DNA of 52,800 nucleotides from Microcoleaceae cyanobacterium (GCA_051652765.1 JBOFUV010000064.1:1-52800); one strand, 5' to 3'. Shown: positions 1 to 10,599, counted from the stretch's first letter. Notes: a model not told the origin generated them from the sequence alone. Program-made: numbers and translations.

Positions 1-959
1 ACCATTGTGCCGTCATCTAGATAGCCAACTCCCTGGGAAGGTTCTTTGCCTTCCTTGCGAATTTTTAAATCAATGATGTCTCCAGGTAGATAGTTCGGTC
101 GAACAGCCTGAACAAGATCATTAATATTCAACACAGAAACCTGTTGAACCGTGGCCACTTGGGAAAGATTGTAGTCGTTGGTTAAGAGAGTGCAATTAAT
201 CTCTTGGGCAAGCCGTACCAATTTCGCATCCACCGTGGCAACATCGTCGTAATCAGCCGGGTGAATTTGAATTCGATCGGGATAGGTATCTCGCATTTGA
301 TTGAGAATTTCAAGTCCCCGTCGCCCTCTAGCCCGCTTCTGGTCATTGGCAGCATCGGCAATCAGTTGCAACTCCTGCAAAACAAACTTGGGGATCAGAA
401 TCTTCCCCTCTAAAAACCCAGTATCCAGCAAATTTTCAATGCGACCATCAATGATGCAGCTTGTATCTACGACCTTGGTACTCGACGGCTCCAAGGTTCC
501 CTCCGCAATCAACATACTGCTCAAACTATTGGGGTTGATCAATCGCAAAACAGCTTGTCCATGGGTATCCGCCAAGTTAACCCCAGTGAACCCTAGCATC
601 GTACTGCAGAGTAACGCCATCAGTGGCTTGATAAATCCAAAATCTTTTGGGATTGGCAGCAGAAACAGAGGAGCCAGGAGCAAATTGGCCACTAACAATC
701 CAATCACCAAGCCAATGGCACGAGTCAACAAAACATCCAAAGGCATCTGACGAACCCGTTCCTCTAGGCGACGGTAAGTCGTTTGCACGACTAAGCCTAA
801 CACTCCTCCAATTAAGGCAGTGAACGCAGCCGTGACCGATCGTAATCCTTCAATATTGGTGACCTGCTCCAATACCGGAGACGGAAGCAGCTCAATACTA
901 TAAAAGCCTGTGCCTGCTCCAGCAACAATGAACAATATGATGATGATTGCATCCAGCAT
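1..959 (-). CDS. PIN/TRAM domain membrane protein (YacL-like); 3' end runs off the window
   Basis: Manual translation from ATG at 959 (MLDAIIIILFIVAGAG...). N-terminal TM segments, PIN motif VVDTSCIIDGR...LLTNDYNL, TRAM start KEGKEPSQGVGYLDDGTMV. Missing from the ORF track because there is no stop in the window. Confidence 0.9.
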   Translation of the reverse strand, partial: MLDAIIIILFIVAGAGTGFYSIELLPSPVLEQVTNIEGLRSVTAAFTALIGGVLGLVVQTTYRRLEERVRQMPLDVLLTRAIGLVIGLLVANLLLAPLFLLPIPKDFGFIKPLMALLCSTMLGFTGVNLADTHGQAVLRLINPNSLSSMLIAEGTLEPSSTKVVDTSCIIDGRIENLLDTGFLEGKILIPKFVLQELQLIADAANDQKRARGRRGLEILNQMRDTYPDRIQIHPADYDDVATVDAKLVRLAQEINCTLLTNDYNLSQVATVQQVSVLNINDLVQAVRPNYLPGDIIDLKIRKEGKEPSQGVGYLDDGTM

Positions 960-1272
960 AGATTTAAGCTGACAGAATAATATAATCTTTCCCTAGATCA
1001 ACAGGGTAGATTTCTATCTATTATATCGTCCAGCTAGAATGCATTTTGTAAGAAAGATTTCGGTAAACCCAACTTGATTAAAACCCAAAGTCTTAGGGTT
1101 CCACTGATATTTTAAGGTGCTAGCTCTAACTCTCCAAGATTCTGGATCAGAGGTTGTTCAATCAGTGAGAGGCATCCCAATGACAAAAGCTTTACAAATC
1201 ACAGGATTATAGCAATACCCCTGCCAAAAAATTCAACGTTTGAATCTATTTCCACGGAGTTTAACTTTCAGT

Positions 1273-1524
1273 TCAACTTTCACATCCCAAACCGTCCCTA
1301 TCCTTGTCAAGCTTGTGAGGATCGGGGGCTTTTACGACCACTGGGACATTGATACCCGCTCTTTCCTTCAGGTATTTACAATCGAGGTCTGGTGGTGGTG
1401 ATGGAATACAGATCTTTTTCCCGTTCACATCCTTTGGATAGGCTGGGTCGCAGTTGAGTTGAGCGATTAGGATTAAGAGTCTGGTGTCATAGGTCATGCC
1501 ATTTTGGTTTGATCCGTACCACAC
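1273..1524 (-). CDS. Small excalibur-like Ca-binding domain protein (start uncertain)
   Basis: CDPAYP...CIPSPPPDLDC...DPHKLDKDRDGLGCE matches the excalibur-type DxDxDGxxCE motif. Confidence 0.7.
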   Translation of the reverse strand: MWYGSNQNGMTYDTRLLILIAQLNCDPAYPKDVNGKKICIPSPPPDLDCKYLKERAGINVPVVVKAPDPHKLDKDRDGLGCES

Positions 1525-1724
1525 AAGACGACTCTTCGTTCACTCTGAGAAAGGCAGTTAGTCAAGTCTGTCACCAATCCTAACATCCATATTTTCAAAA
1601 TAGGCTCATCAAAATGGGATCAGACTCCTAGGTCAAATGCATTGCCTTGTCTCCAAAAGCAAGTCGGGTTGACGATCAACAACCCAACCCACAACATTGA
1701 TCTGGACAAACCCCTAGGTTAGAT

Positions 1725-2729
1725 TTACACAGTCAGATCTTTACCCTTGTAATAATCAAGATACCAATCTACAAAATTCTTAACACCCACTTCAATCGGA
1801 GTACTTGGACTAAAGCCCACATCTTGAATCAGAGCATCGACATCTGCATAGGTAACAGGAACATCCCCAGGCTGCATGGGCAACATAACCTTTTCTGCTT
1901 TCTTGCCTAAGCAATCCTCTAACACTTCAATCAAATGCAAGAGTTCAACCGCTTTATTGTTGCCAATATTATAGACCTTGTAGGGAGCTACCGTTGGAGC
2001 ATTAGTATCGGTTTCAGCCTGGGGAATCTTGTAAAGCACGCGAGTGATTCCCTCAACAATGTCATCGATATAGGTAAAGTCTCGCTGCATCTTGCCATAG
2101 TTAAACACACTGATCGGCTTTCCCGCCAGGATTGCTTTTGTAAACAGAAAAATGGCCATGTCAGGACGACCCCACGGGCCATACACGGTAAAGAACCTTA
2201 AGCCCGTGGTAGGAATTTGATACAAGTGACTGTAGCTATGGGCCATCAATTCATTAGACTTTTTGGTGGCTGCATAGAGACTCACGGGATAATCTACGTT
2301 ATCTTCAACTGCAAACGGAATCTTTTTGTTGGTTCCATAGACAGAACTGGAGGACGCATAGACTAGATGCTTGACTTGAGTTTGGCGGCAACCTTCCAGG
2401 ATGGTCATAAACCCAGTCAAGTTACTATCCAGATAGGCATAGGGATTTTGAAGAGAATACCGAACCCCAGCCTGAGCCCCCATGTGAGCAACGACTTCGA
2501 ATTGGTGCTCTGCGAATAATGCAGCCATCCCAGCCTGATCAGCAAAGTCCAGTTTCTGAAAACTGAAGCTTTCTTGTTCTTTCAACTGAGCAAGCCGAGC
2601 TTCCTTGAGAGAAACTTCATAATAATCATTGAGATTATCAATTCCAACAACTTGTTCTCCCATTGTTAACAGTCGTTGACTGAGGTGAAATCCAATAAAA
2701 CCAGCCACGCCAGTCACTAAAATCTTCAC
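1725..2729 (-). CDS. NAD-dependent epimerase (UDP-glucuronate 4-epimerase-like)
   Basis: TGVAGFIG Rossmann motif, AQAGVRYS, YAATKK, RFFTVYGPWGRPDMA. Confidence 0.93.
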   Translation of the reverse strand: MKILVTGVAGFIGFHLSQRLLTMGEQVVGIDNLNDYYEVSLKEARLAQLKEQESFSFQKLDFADQAGMAALFAEHQFEVVAHMGAQAGVRYSLQNPYAYLDSNLTGFMTILEGCRQTQVKHLVYASSSSVYGTNKKIPFAVEDNVDYPVSLYAATKKSNELMAHSYSHLYQIPTTGLRFFTVYGPWGRPDMAIFLFTKAILAGKPISVFNYGKMQRDFTYIDDIVEGITRVLYKIPQAETDTNAPTVAPYKVYNIGNNKAVELLHLIEVLEDCLGKKAEKVMLPMQPGDVPVTYADVDALIQDVGFSPSTPIEVGVKNFVDWYLDYYKGKDLTV

Positions 2730-2926
2730 AAGAGGGTCTCCCGATGAAATGAGTGATGAATCCCAGAGAGTATTAGCACCCTGATTAATCCCGACTCTAG
2801 TTGTCTCCAGCCTTTTGGGACAGCCAAGTCAGATGGAGCATTTCTACCATCATAACCACAGAAGTAGGGCTGGCTACCACTCCTTTCGAGAACCTTGTGC
2901 AGTGACTGGAGAAGATTAAGCTAGAT

Positions 2927-3784
2927 TTATTGGTTTTGCTGAGCTTTTCTGAGGGCTTCTCCATACAGTTTTTCAGAAGCTTGATTCAGGGTTTCAATTC
3001 GTTGGGATTCTTCTGGAGTCAAGGAACGGTTTCCCATCATCGCTTTGGCTTGAATGCCCCGGACTTCCTCGTAGAGTTTGTGTCCCTGACTAAAGCGAGC
3101 CTCGTTAATCTGACTGAGGGTGAGTTGGATCTCACCAATATGTCCATTCGACAGTTTGACATTGAGGAGAATGTCTCGATATCCTCCGGGGGTCGGGTCA
3201 ATAAAGCGGTCTTTCATCCGCACCGCCTGAGTGCGATTAACAACAGTTTCTAAGGAATTATAAATTTCATCCAGGGAGTCATACTCCAAGGCTAAACGAG
3301 TCAGATCAGTAATTCTAGAAGCGTCTCCATCGTACTCCACCATGATTTTTTCCTGGGTTCGTTCCCGACCTTTGAGTCCTTCTGGGGGAAGAACCACCGT
3401 TCCTTGAGTCAGTTGAGCGAGCTCTTGGGCAATTTTCTGAAGTTCAACATCTGCAACTGCGGCAGCTTGATAGAGTTCATCTAAGTCCTTGCTGGTTTGA
3501 TACAGTTTTTGCTGCGGAACCTGGGCTTGAACCCGCTGGCTGATCTCTACATACTTTGAGTCCAATGCATCAGGCGTTGCTTGAGGTTCATTGGCCTGAC
3601 GCTCAACCGTTGCTGAACGTTCAACTGCATCGGGTTGAGGAGAGGTTGCTACAGTTTGGGACGCGGTGGACTCTGTTTTAGCAGTTCCAGGCTCAGTTTG
3701 CTTTGGAGCCGTCATCAACGCAGTGCAACTGGAGGATAGCAAAAGAACTGTGGTCAAAATCGCAAATTTCCGAAGTCTATTCAT
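2927..3784 (-). CDS. Putative lipoprotein with RelA/SpoT-like synthetase/nucleotidyltransferase domain
   Basis: Signal peptide ending LSSSC (Cys20) and a low-complexity linker, then LKGRERTQEKI, ITDLTR, KDRF, GGYRDILL and GEIQL, resembling Syn1-Syn4. Confidence 0.75.
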   Translation of the reverse strand: MNRLRKFAILTTVLLLSSSCTALMTAPKQTEPGTAKTESTASQTVATSPQPDAVERSATVERQANEPQATPDALDSKYVEISQRVQAQVPQQKLYQTSKDLDELYQAAAVADVELQKIAQELAQLTQGTVVLPPEGLKGRERTQEKIMVEYDGDASRITDLTRLALEYDSLDEIYNSLETVVNRTQAVRMKDRFIDPTPGGYRDILLNVKLSNGHIGEIQLTLSQINEARFSQGHKLYEEVRGIQAKAMMGNRSLTPEESQRIETLNQASEKLYGEALRKAQQNQ

Positions 3785-3877
3785 CGCTTTATTCCCGTTA
3801 AGAATCTCAATTGAGTATGATAGCCAGAATCTGTATTGAAAAACTATGTTAAGCTTCTGTCCAGTGATTTAACTGCT

Positions 3878-4150
3878 ATGACTAGCGACCCCTTGGCCAT
3901 TCTCAAAATTAGAGTCAAGCCTAATTCTAGACAGCAAGCCATTCAAGCAGAGCTGGATGGAAGTTGGACAGCTTGTCTCAAGTCTCCGCCAATTGATGGG
4001 AAAGCCAACCAAGAGCTGATCAAACTGTTAGCAAAGCAGTTCAACGTACCCAAATCCCAGATCGTCATTAAGTCCGGCTTGACCTCACGCCATAAGCTTG
4101 TGGAGCTACCCGACTCTAGTTTGAAGCAGAGCCCGAACTTAGAACCCTGA
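3878..4150 (+). CDS. DUF167/YggU family protein
   Basis: IRVKPNS...[18 protein letters not shown]...[11 protein letters not shown] at 3878 preferred over upstream TTG. Confidence 0.88.
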   Translation: MTSDPLAILKIRVKPNSRQQAIQAELDGSWTACLKSPPIDGKANQELIKLLAKQFNVPKSQIVIKSGLTSRHKLVELPDSSLKQSPNLEP

Positions 4151-4177
4151 GTTGAACAGGTCTTGGTTTTCTAATCC

Positions 4178-4390
4178 CTACTCTCTTAAGGGTATCCAAA
4201 ACCGATAAATTCCAATTGAGAAAAGCGTGAGAATTAGCTGAACTGTTTCTGATGCCCAGCTTAATCCCCATAAAAGCTCGATCATTCCAGTCAAGAGAAT
4301 GGCAAGGCGATAAACTTCTTCTCTGAGCTTAATCCCCAACCAAATTGTTCCAGCGCCAAGGGCAAACAGTGCTAAGTCAGTAATAAACAT
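4178..4390 (-). CDS. Small hypothetical membrane protein
   Basis: 70-aa hydrophobic ORF with ATG start. Confidence 0.6.
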   Translation of the reverse strand: MFITDLALFALGAGTIWLGIKLREEVYRLAILLTGMIELLWGLSWASETVQLILTLFSIGIYRFWIPLRE

Positions 4391-4734
4391 CGATTTAACC
4401 TAAAGTGTTTAGGAGACTAACAACGTCATAAAAAAGAAACAGACTAACACCCTTGTTTTAAAACCTGATATTAAAAAAATCAATTTTTGAAACCTAAACA
4501 CCCCTTGCATTGATGCAAACTGAAGCATTACTCATTCAACTGTCCTTAAGGGGTTCCTCAAGAACTCTGAAGAATAAATAGTCAAAATGAGTACATATAC
4601 TTATTACTCACCCTTAACATTAGTATAAGCTGAGGGTCAAAAATTGACTAGATGGGGCCTAGGGTAAGGTAATCTCACCCCTCTATTGAGCCTCTCTATC
4701 AAAGAGAATTTGAACAAGTGCTGATCTCAGGAGT

Positions 4735-5406
4735 TTACTTTTGAGTTTCTTCGGTCTGGAACTGGCAAATATATTTCGGAGTGATGGGGCAGGTTTTGTC
4801 CGCAATTGGATTCCCCCGCAAAAACAAATAGGTTAAGCTCCCGAGAGGCTTGAGTGAGCTAATACTGGTAATTTGATTGTTATTTAAATTCAGTTCATTG
4901 AGGTTTGACAGCGCATTCAGCGGTTCAACATTGGAAATGCTGTTGTAGCTGAGATTGAGTAATTTAAGATTCTTCAAGGATTGCAGGGGCGTAACATCGG
5001 CGATCTGGTTGTAACTCAGGTCAAGCACGACTAACTTCTTTAAAGATTTGAGGGAATTCAGATCAGAGATTTGGTTGTTGATCAGGCGGAGAACGGTCAA
5101 GTTCTCTAGGGATCGTAATGGAGCGAGATCGGTGAGCTGACTCGTGCTCAAATCCAGTTGCGTGAAGCTTGATAATTGTTTGAGAGCGCGATCGCAATCG
5201 TAAGTTCCAACCTGTTGCAAAATCACACTAACAGTGCGCCTTGTGACTTCTGGTAAACTCTCTCGCTGCAAACACCACTCCATAAAACCTTTTGGGGCTG
5301 CTGTTTGGGGCTCTACTGATTCAGCCAGTGTAGGGGATGTTGCTCCGCTCAGAACCCATGCCAACCCTAAGGTTAACCCGTAAAATATGATATCTTCTCT
5401 GACCAT
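4735..5406 (-). CDS. Secreted leucine-rich repeat (internalin-like) protein
   Basis: Signal peptide, 22-aa LRRs (LxxLxLxxNQIxDxxxL), C-terminal Cys cap. Confidence 0.88.
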   Translation of the reverse strand: MVREDIIFYGLTLGLAWVLSGATSPTLAESVEPQTAAPKGFMEWCLQRESLPEVTRRTVSVILQQVGTYDCDRALKQLSSFTQLDLSTSQLTDLAPLRSLENLTVLRLINNQISDLNSLKSLKKLVVLDLSYNQIADVTPLQSLKNLKLLNLSYNSISNVEPLNALSNLNELNLNNNQITSISSLKPLGSLTYLFLRGNPIADKTCPITPKYICQFQTEETQK

Positions 5407-5527
5407 TAACTCTTCCTCCCTGACTGCTACCTTTAGCTATAACAAAATAATGTTAAGCTCTGCAAGGAAATTCTTGCTCTAGATTTAATCAGATTAATTT
5501 CAATCAGACTAATTCGATCATACCCAG

Positions 5528-5561
5528 GAGAACGGATGGAAACTTGATTCCATCCGTTCTC
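5528..5561. repeat. Perfect 14-bp inverted repeat upstream of crcB
   Basis: GAGAACGGATGGAA-acttga-TTCCATCCGTTCTC. Confidence 0.8.
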
Positions 5562-5608
5562 TATCAGGAGTTCATCCTCTCGCAGTAAAAGATGTTTTAG
5601 CCAGAAGA

Positions 5609-6064
5609 ATGTTCAGACATTTGACTCAAGCGTTGCTGATGATGCCGTCCTGGGCTGCTAGCGCGGTGCAAGCACCCAACTTTCGGATACCGATTGCCAT
5701 TAGTCTTGGGGCAATTGGCGGGGCTTTATCCCGTTATTACTTAACCGTCTGGTTTGCCAGTCGTTGGGGAATAGCTTTTCCCTATGGTACATTTTTCATC
5801 AATCTAACTGGATGTTTTGCGATGGGATTTTTTGTCACCTTGGTTGAGCGACTGGGAGGCATGATTTCTCCAGACCTGCGATTGTTAATTGCGGTTGGCT
5901 TTTTAGGCGCTTACACCACCTTTTCAACCTATGAATTGGATGCCCACAACTTGGTGCAGGCGGGTCATTTCAGAAATGCAATGTTTTACTGGGGAGGAAG
6001 TGCTATGCTCGGCTTTCTTGGTATTCAATTTGGGGTTACTCTAGCTTGGTTACTGACTCGCTAA
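5609..6064 (+). CDS. crcB: Fluoride efflux channel CrcB/FluC
   Basis: [19 protein letters not shown] and [12 protein letters not shown] motifs. Confidence 0.93.
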   Translation: MFRHLTQALLMMPSWAASAVQAPNFRIPIAISLGAIGGALSRYYLTVWFASRWGIAFPYGTFFINLTGCFAMGFFVTLVERLGGMISPDLRLLIAVGFLGAYTTFSTYELDAHNLVQAGHFRNAMFYWGGSAMLGFLGIQFGVTLAWLLTR

Positions 6065-7179
6065 TGCGCTTAACCTCTCTTGATGTAGTTCGGGGAATTG
6101 CGATCACCAGCATGATTCTGGTGAATAATCCCGGCAGTTGGAGTCATGTCTATCCGCCATTGCTTCATGCGGAATGGCATGGTTGCACCCCAACGGATCT
6201 AGTGTTTCCGTTCTTTTTATTCATTGCTGGAACAGCCATGGCGTTTTCCCTGGGCAAATCTGTTCAAGAGAACCGTGCTAAAACCCGAACGGTTCCGATC
6301 AATCTCTACTGGCGAATCTTTCGACGGTGCGCGTTGCTGTTTTTTTGGGGACTATTGCTGAATGGCTATCCCAACTATGACTTTACAACGATCCGGATTA
6401 TGGGGGTGTTGCAGCGGATTAGTATCGCTTACTTCTTGGCGGCGATGATTGTTCTCCATCTGCCTCGCCGAGGAATTTGGATCACGTTAACGATACTCCT
6501 GTTGGGTTACTGGGGAGCAATGGAATGGATTCCGGTTCCGGGCTATGGCCCAGGACAGCTTACTCCCGAAGGAAATTTAGGCGGCTACCTGGATACTTTG
6601 ATTCTCAGTCGAGACCATCTCTGGAAAGGTGGCCCCTATGATCCGGAAGGGCTATTCAGCACGTTGCCTGCGGTAGGAACGGTTCTGTTGGGTTACCTCA
6701 CCGGGGCTTGGTTGAAACAGCAAGAAACAACTACTCAAACCAGTCTGAACCTGGCAATCAGTGGGCTGTGTGCTGTCATTATCGGTTCCCTTTGGGGGGC
6801 AATTTTTCCCCTCAACAAAGCCCTTTGGACAAGTTCTTATGGGGTGTACACTGCTGGATGTGCCCTGTTGTTACTGGCGGTGTGTTATGAAACGATTGAA
6901 GTGCGAGGTTGGAAAGCGTGGGGATTTCCGTTCAAAATCATGGGCTCAAATTCAATCTTCCTGTTTATTGCGTCTGGGTTTGTTGCCAGAGTATTAATTT
7001 TTACCCATGTGTCTTCAGACCCCAAATCGGCCAGTGTTAAAACCTGGATCTATGAAAATTGGTTTGCTGCTTGGGCTGGGGAGATGAATGGATCACTCCT
7101 GTTTGCAGTGGTTACCATTTTGCTTTGGCTGGTGGTAGCCTATGGTTTGTACCGTCAGAGTTGGTTTTTCAAGGTTTAA
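6064..7179 (+). CDS. Heparan-alpha-glucosaminide N-acetyltransferase-like membrane protein
   Basis: RLTSLDVVRG, HAEWHGCTPTDLVFPFFLF, GVLQRI, DPEG, NKALWTSSY; TAATG stop/start overlap with crcB. Confidence 0.85.
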   Translation: MRLTSLDVVRGIAITSMILVNNPGSWSHVYPPLLHAEWHGCTPTDLVFPFFLFIAGTAMAFSLGKSVQENRAKTRTVPINLYWRIFRRCALLFFWGLLLNGYPNYDFTTIRIMGVLQRISIAYFLAAMIVLHLPRRGIWITLTILLLGYWGAMEWIPVPGYGPGQLTPEGNLGGYLDTLILSRDHLWKGGPYDPEGLFSTLPAVGTVLLGYLTGAWLKQQETTTQTSLNLAISGLCAVIIGSLWGAIFPLNKALWTSSYGVYTAGCALLLLAVCYETIEVRGWKAWGFPFKIMGSNSIFLFIASGFVARVLIFTHVSSDPKSASVKTWIYENWFAAWAGEMNGSLLFAVVTILLWLVVAYGLYRQSWFFKV

Positions 7180-7425
7180 GGGGTTTTACAAGTCAACTCC
7201 GTCTACTGACTGAGAAACTAGTGATTGGAAACTAATGTGATTAGAAACTAGTGACTGGTTAAACTTGATTGGGTTATGCAGGTTGGTATCGAGCTAGTGA
7301 GCTCCAACAATTCTTAAGCGAATCTTAAGCGAAGATTCTCAAAAGTTTGTTGGATTTGCTGGCATCAACCCAACCTACACAGGTGATCTAGACAACCCTC
7401 TAGACTGTGACCTTACGCTGTGAAC

Positions 7426-7971
7426 TTACGCTGTGACCTTAGTGGGAAGATATCCCAGCTCTTCAAGTTTGTTGGTGATCTTCGTAACACCAATGTCGAG
7501 ATCCTCCAAATCAGTGCGGCACTCCACTTCGGGATCGAGCGGGTGTTCGTAGGGATCATCAATCCCGGTAAATTGCTTGATTTCTCCAGCCCTGGCCCGC
7601 TTATACAAGCCTTTCACATCTCGATCTTCACAAACGTTGAGTGGAGCATTGACGAACACTTCGATAAAGCTGCCGATTTTTTGACGCACTTCTGCTCGAA
7701 TTGCCCGATAGGGGGAAATCGCCGGAACGAGGACGATAACTCCGTTGCGAGTCAAGAGCTGAGCAACAAATCCAATCCGACGAATATTAGTATCCCGATC
7801 TTCTTTGCTGAAACCTAAGCCCTTAGAAAGGTTTTCTCGGATTTCATCGCCATCTAGAACCTCTACCTTGCAGCCCTCTGATCGCAGCTTTTCTGCTAAC
7901 GCTGCAGTGATCGTACTTTTGCCAGCTCCACTCAAACCTGTGAGCCACACGGTTACGCCTTTGTGCTCCAT
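7426..7971 (-). CDS. cysC: Adenylyl-sulfate kinase
   Basis: [32 protein letters not shown]. Confidence 0.96.
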   Translation of the reverse strand: MEHKGVTVWLTGLSGAGKSTITAALAEKLRSEGCKVEVLDGDEIRENLSKGLGFSKEDRDTNIRRIGFVAQLLTRNGVIVLVPAISPYRAIRAEVRQKIGSFIEVFVNAPLNVCEDRDVKGLYKRARAGEIKQFTGIDDPYEHPLDPEVECRTDLEDLDIGVTKITNKLEELGYLPTKVTA

Positions 7972-8218
7972 TACGCTTCTGCCTCTCCTAGTTTGATTAC
8001 AAGAGTTAGTGTTCCGAACAATGGTTCAGGAACTCAATTGCTAGGACATCTCAAGCTTAAAAACGTAGCTCAACCCATCCGATAATCGGGCTAGGAAGCA
8101 CACCCTGCCTTGTCCTGCAATTGCAATTGATTGGTTTTAGGCATCATCTACCTTCTGCTATTATAGTCGCAGTTTGTTAGCCGTTCTGTGATTTTTCACC
8201 TCAAAAAACGACCCCACT

Positions 8219-8297
8219 TAGATTTCAGGCAGATTTCAGGCAGATTTCAGACAAACTTCAGGTGAATTCCAGATGGATTTCAGATGGGTTCCAAGGA
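8219..8297. repeat. Degenerate 11-bp tandem repeat (AGATTTCAGGC) downstream of the malic enzyme gene
   Basis: About 7 progressively degenerate copies. Confidence 0.7.
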
Positions 8298-9689
8298 TCA
8301 ACAACGAGCAACTCCTTCCTGACGAGCAGTGTGAAGTACCGCACTGGCAACAGAGGTGGCAACTCGTTTGTCAAATACAGAGGGAACAATGTGCTCCCGG
8401 TCTAAATCCGTGGGGGAAACTAAAGCCGCGATCGCATGGGCTGCTTCGAGATACATTTTGGTGGTCAGACTAGCGGCTCGGCAATCCAAGGCACCGCGAA
8501 ATATCCCTGGAAAAGCCAGAACGTTATTGATTTGGTTGGGGTAATCGCTTCGTCCTGTGGCAATAACAGCCGCATCTTCAATAATTAACTCCGGCTGAAT
8601 TTCAGGGACAGGGTTGGCCATGGCAAAGACAATCGAATCTCTGGCCATAGTTCTCACCATCTCTGGCGTGACCACTCCGGGAGCACTCACCCCTAGAAAT
8701 ACATCTGCATCTTTCATCGCGTCTGCCAAATTGCCCTTGACCTCGACTGCAAACTCCTGTTTTTCAGGGTTCAAGCCTGTGAGGGATTTAGAAATAATCC
8801 CTTTAGAATCGCAGAGAACCATGTGCTTGACCCCGGCCTCCCTGAGTAACCGGGCGATCGCAATCCCGGCTGCCCCAGCCCCATTCAGCACAACCCGAAT
8901 TTCGGCCATGGACTTCTTGACGAGTTTTAGAGCATTGATCAAGGCCGCAAGGCTGACGATGGCGGTTCCATGTTGATCATCATGGAAAATCGGAATATCT
9001 AAACACTCCCGCAATCGAGTTTCAATCTCAAAGCACCGGGGTGCGGCAATATCCTCTAAGTTCACTCCCCCAAATACTGGCGCAATATTTTTCACCGTTT
9101 CAATGATTTCATCGGTGTCCTGGGTGGCCAAACAAATCGGAAAGGCATCAATGCCAGCGAATTCCTTGAATAACATGGCTTTGCCCTCCATCACAGGCAG
9201 GGCTCCTTCTGGCCCCAAGTTCCCTAACCCCAGAACTGCACTGCCGTCGGTGACAATCGCAACGGTGTTTTGCTTGATCGTCAGGTTGTAAACTTGCTGG
9301 GGATCTTCGGCGATCGCCTGACAAATTCGACCCACTCCCGGAGTATAAGCCATCGCTAAATCGCTCTGGGATTTTAGGGGAATCTTGCTGTGAATGCTGA
9401 TTTTGCCATGCTGGTGCAGATGAAACGTCCGGTCATAAACAGACAACACTTTGAAGTCTGGCAAGTCCTTAACCGCTTGTACAATTTCCTCGGCTTGCTC
9501 TGTGCTGGAAGCATCAACTGTGATTTCTCGAATTGTTGTGCGGCGGGTGTGCTCGATCAGGTCAATTTGGCCTAAGTTTCCCCCAACGGAGGCGATCGCC
9601 TGAAAAACCTGTGCTAGCATTCCGGCTTGGTTGGGGAGTTCTAAGCGAATCGTAACGCTATAGCTAGGATTTGGAGTTAGTTTGACCAT
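8298..9689 (-). CDS. NAD(P)-dependent malic enzyme with N-terminal ACT domain
   Basis: AYTPGV, GLGNLG, VMEGKA, NLEDI, FHDDQHGTA, GAGAAG, NQINN. Confidence 0.95.
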   Translation of the reverse strand: MVKLTPNPSYSVTIRLELPNQAGMLAQVFQAIASVGGNLGQIDLIEHTRRTTIREITVDASSTEQAEEIVQAVKDLPDFKVLSVYDRTFHLHQHGKISIHSKIPLKSQSDLAMAYTPGVGRICQAIAEDPQQVYNLTIKQNTVAIVTDGSAVLGLGNLGPEGALPVMEGKAMLFKEFAGIDAFPICLATQDTDEIIETVKNIAPVFGGVNLEDIAAPRCFEIETRLRECLDIPIFHDDQHGTAIVSLAALINALKLVKKSMAEIRVVLNGAGAAGIAIARLLREAGVKHMVLCDSKGIISKSLTGLNPEKQEFAVEVKGNLADAMKDADVFLGVSAPGVVTPEMVRTMARDSIVFAMANPVPEIQPELIIEDAAVIATGRSDYPNQINNVLAFPGIFRGALDCRAASLTTKMYLEAAHAIAALVSPTDLDREHIVPSVFDKRVATSVASAVLHTARQEGVARC

Positions 9690-10008
9690 GATGTCAGTTA
9701 AGGGGTGAATTAACAGGAAGAACTAGCAATGATTGCTCACGGCATTTTACAGCAGCCCTAGGTGAGTTCTCAGGGTGAGTTCTAGAAAGATGCAGTGGTT
9801 TAGCGTCCAGTTGTACTTTCAAAGTGACTCTATAAGAACATGGCATGGGCCTGCACTGTACAATCTCAAACTGGGCTGCTCTAATGGCTGAAGCCGAAAC
9901 AACTTCCAGCTTCAGGAGAAGCCAATCATTTCCTCAGATTTCTCTCTAGTTAACTCATCATGATGCTAAAGAACTGTTCATCACTGACTAACTCGACTGA
10001 ATCTACGA

Positions 10009-10470
10009 TTAACTCCACATTCCCCGATTTCGAACCCATTTTCGGAGTGGCGGGGCAAGCTCTTGAACTTGAGCCGGAGGAATCGGCCTAGTCGTACCAC
10101 GGGGAGGTTGAGGGGCTCTACCGGGAACTTGAGGGATACCGTTAGGAATCTGAGGGATACCAAATGATGCTGCAGGCATTCCGAAGGACGCTTGAGAGAT
10201 CTCATCTGGAACTTGAGGCACGGCATACAAGGCGTTGGCCGAATCACTTGGAAAGGTATCTGATTCAAATTCGAGGCACATTCGGACTTTTCCTTTGCGC
10301 CACTGTTGGTTTGGGCAGAGCACTTCACAGTCCATCCCCTGACCAAATAGCTGTTCTTCTTCAAGCTTGGACTGCATTAGAGCGAGGTATTCACTGGTTT
10401 TAAAAGTGCACTGAAACATTAAAGCACTCGAACCTGTGTGCAAAACATCGTTATCATCCAGGATTTCCAT
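10009..10470 (-). CDS. KGK domain protein with Pro-rich tail
   Basis: GMDCEVL...WRKGKVRMCLEF. Confidence 0.8.
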   Translation of the reverse strand: MEILDDNDVLHTGSSALMFQCTFKTSEYLALMQSKLEEEQLFGQGMDCEVLCPNQQWRKGKVRMCLEFESDTFPSDSANALYAVPQVPDEISQASFGMPAASFGIPQIPNGIPQVPGRAPQPPRGTTRPIPPAQVQELAPPLRKWVRNRGMWS

Positions 10471-10554
10471 ACACTTAGCTCCGTAAACTTAACTCTGTAA
10501 ACTTAACTCTATAAACTTAGGAATGAGAACCAAATAACCTCTGAAATTTTGTGG

Positions 10555-10599
10555 GTTGGCAATTCATCCTGACTTAGACAGTCAGGATGAATTGCCAAC
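10555..10599. terminator. Perfect 20-bp hairpin downstream of ccsB (terminator or REP-like)
   Basis: GTTGGCAATTCATCCTGACT-tagac-AGTCAGGATGAATTGCCAAC. Confidence 0.65.

Noticed and set aside
204..750. Plus-strand ORFs 204-413 and 301-750
   Set aside because: Shadows of the minus-strand PIN/TRAM gene.
1663..1692. REP-like GGGTTG...AACCCAAC motif (similar at 7348-7380)
   Set aside because: Degenerate, and no REP-associated transposase nearby.
5460..5608. Fluoride riboswitch upstream of crcB
   Set aside because: No GGCGATGG...TGATG consensus visible, only a simple hairpin.
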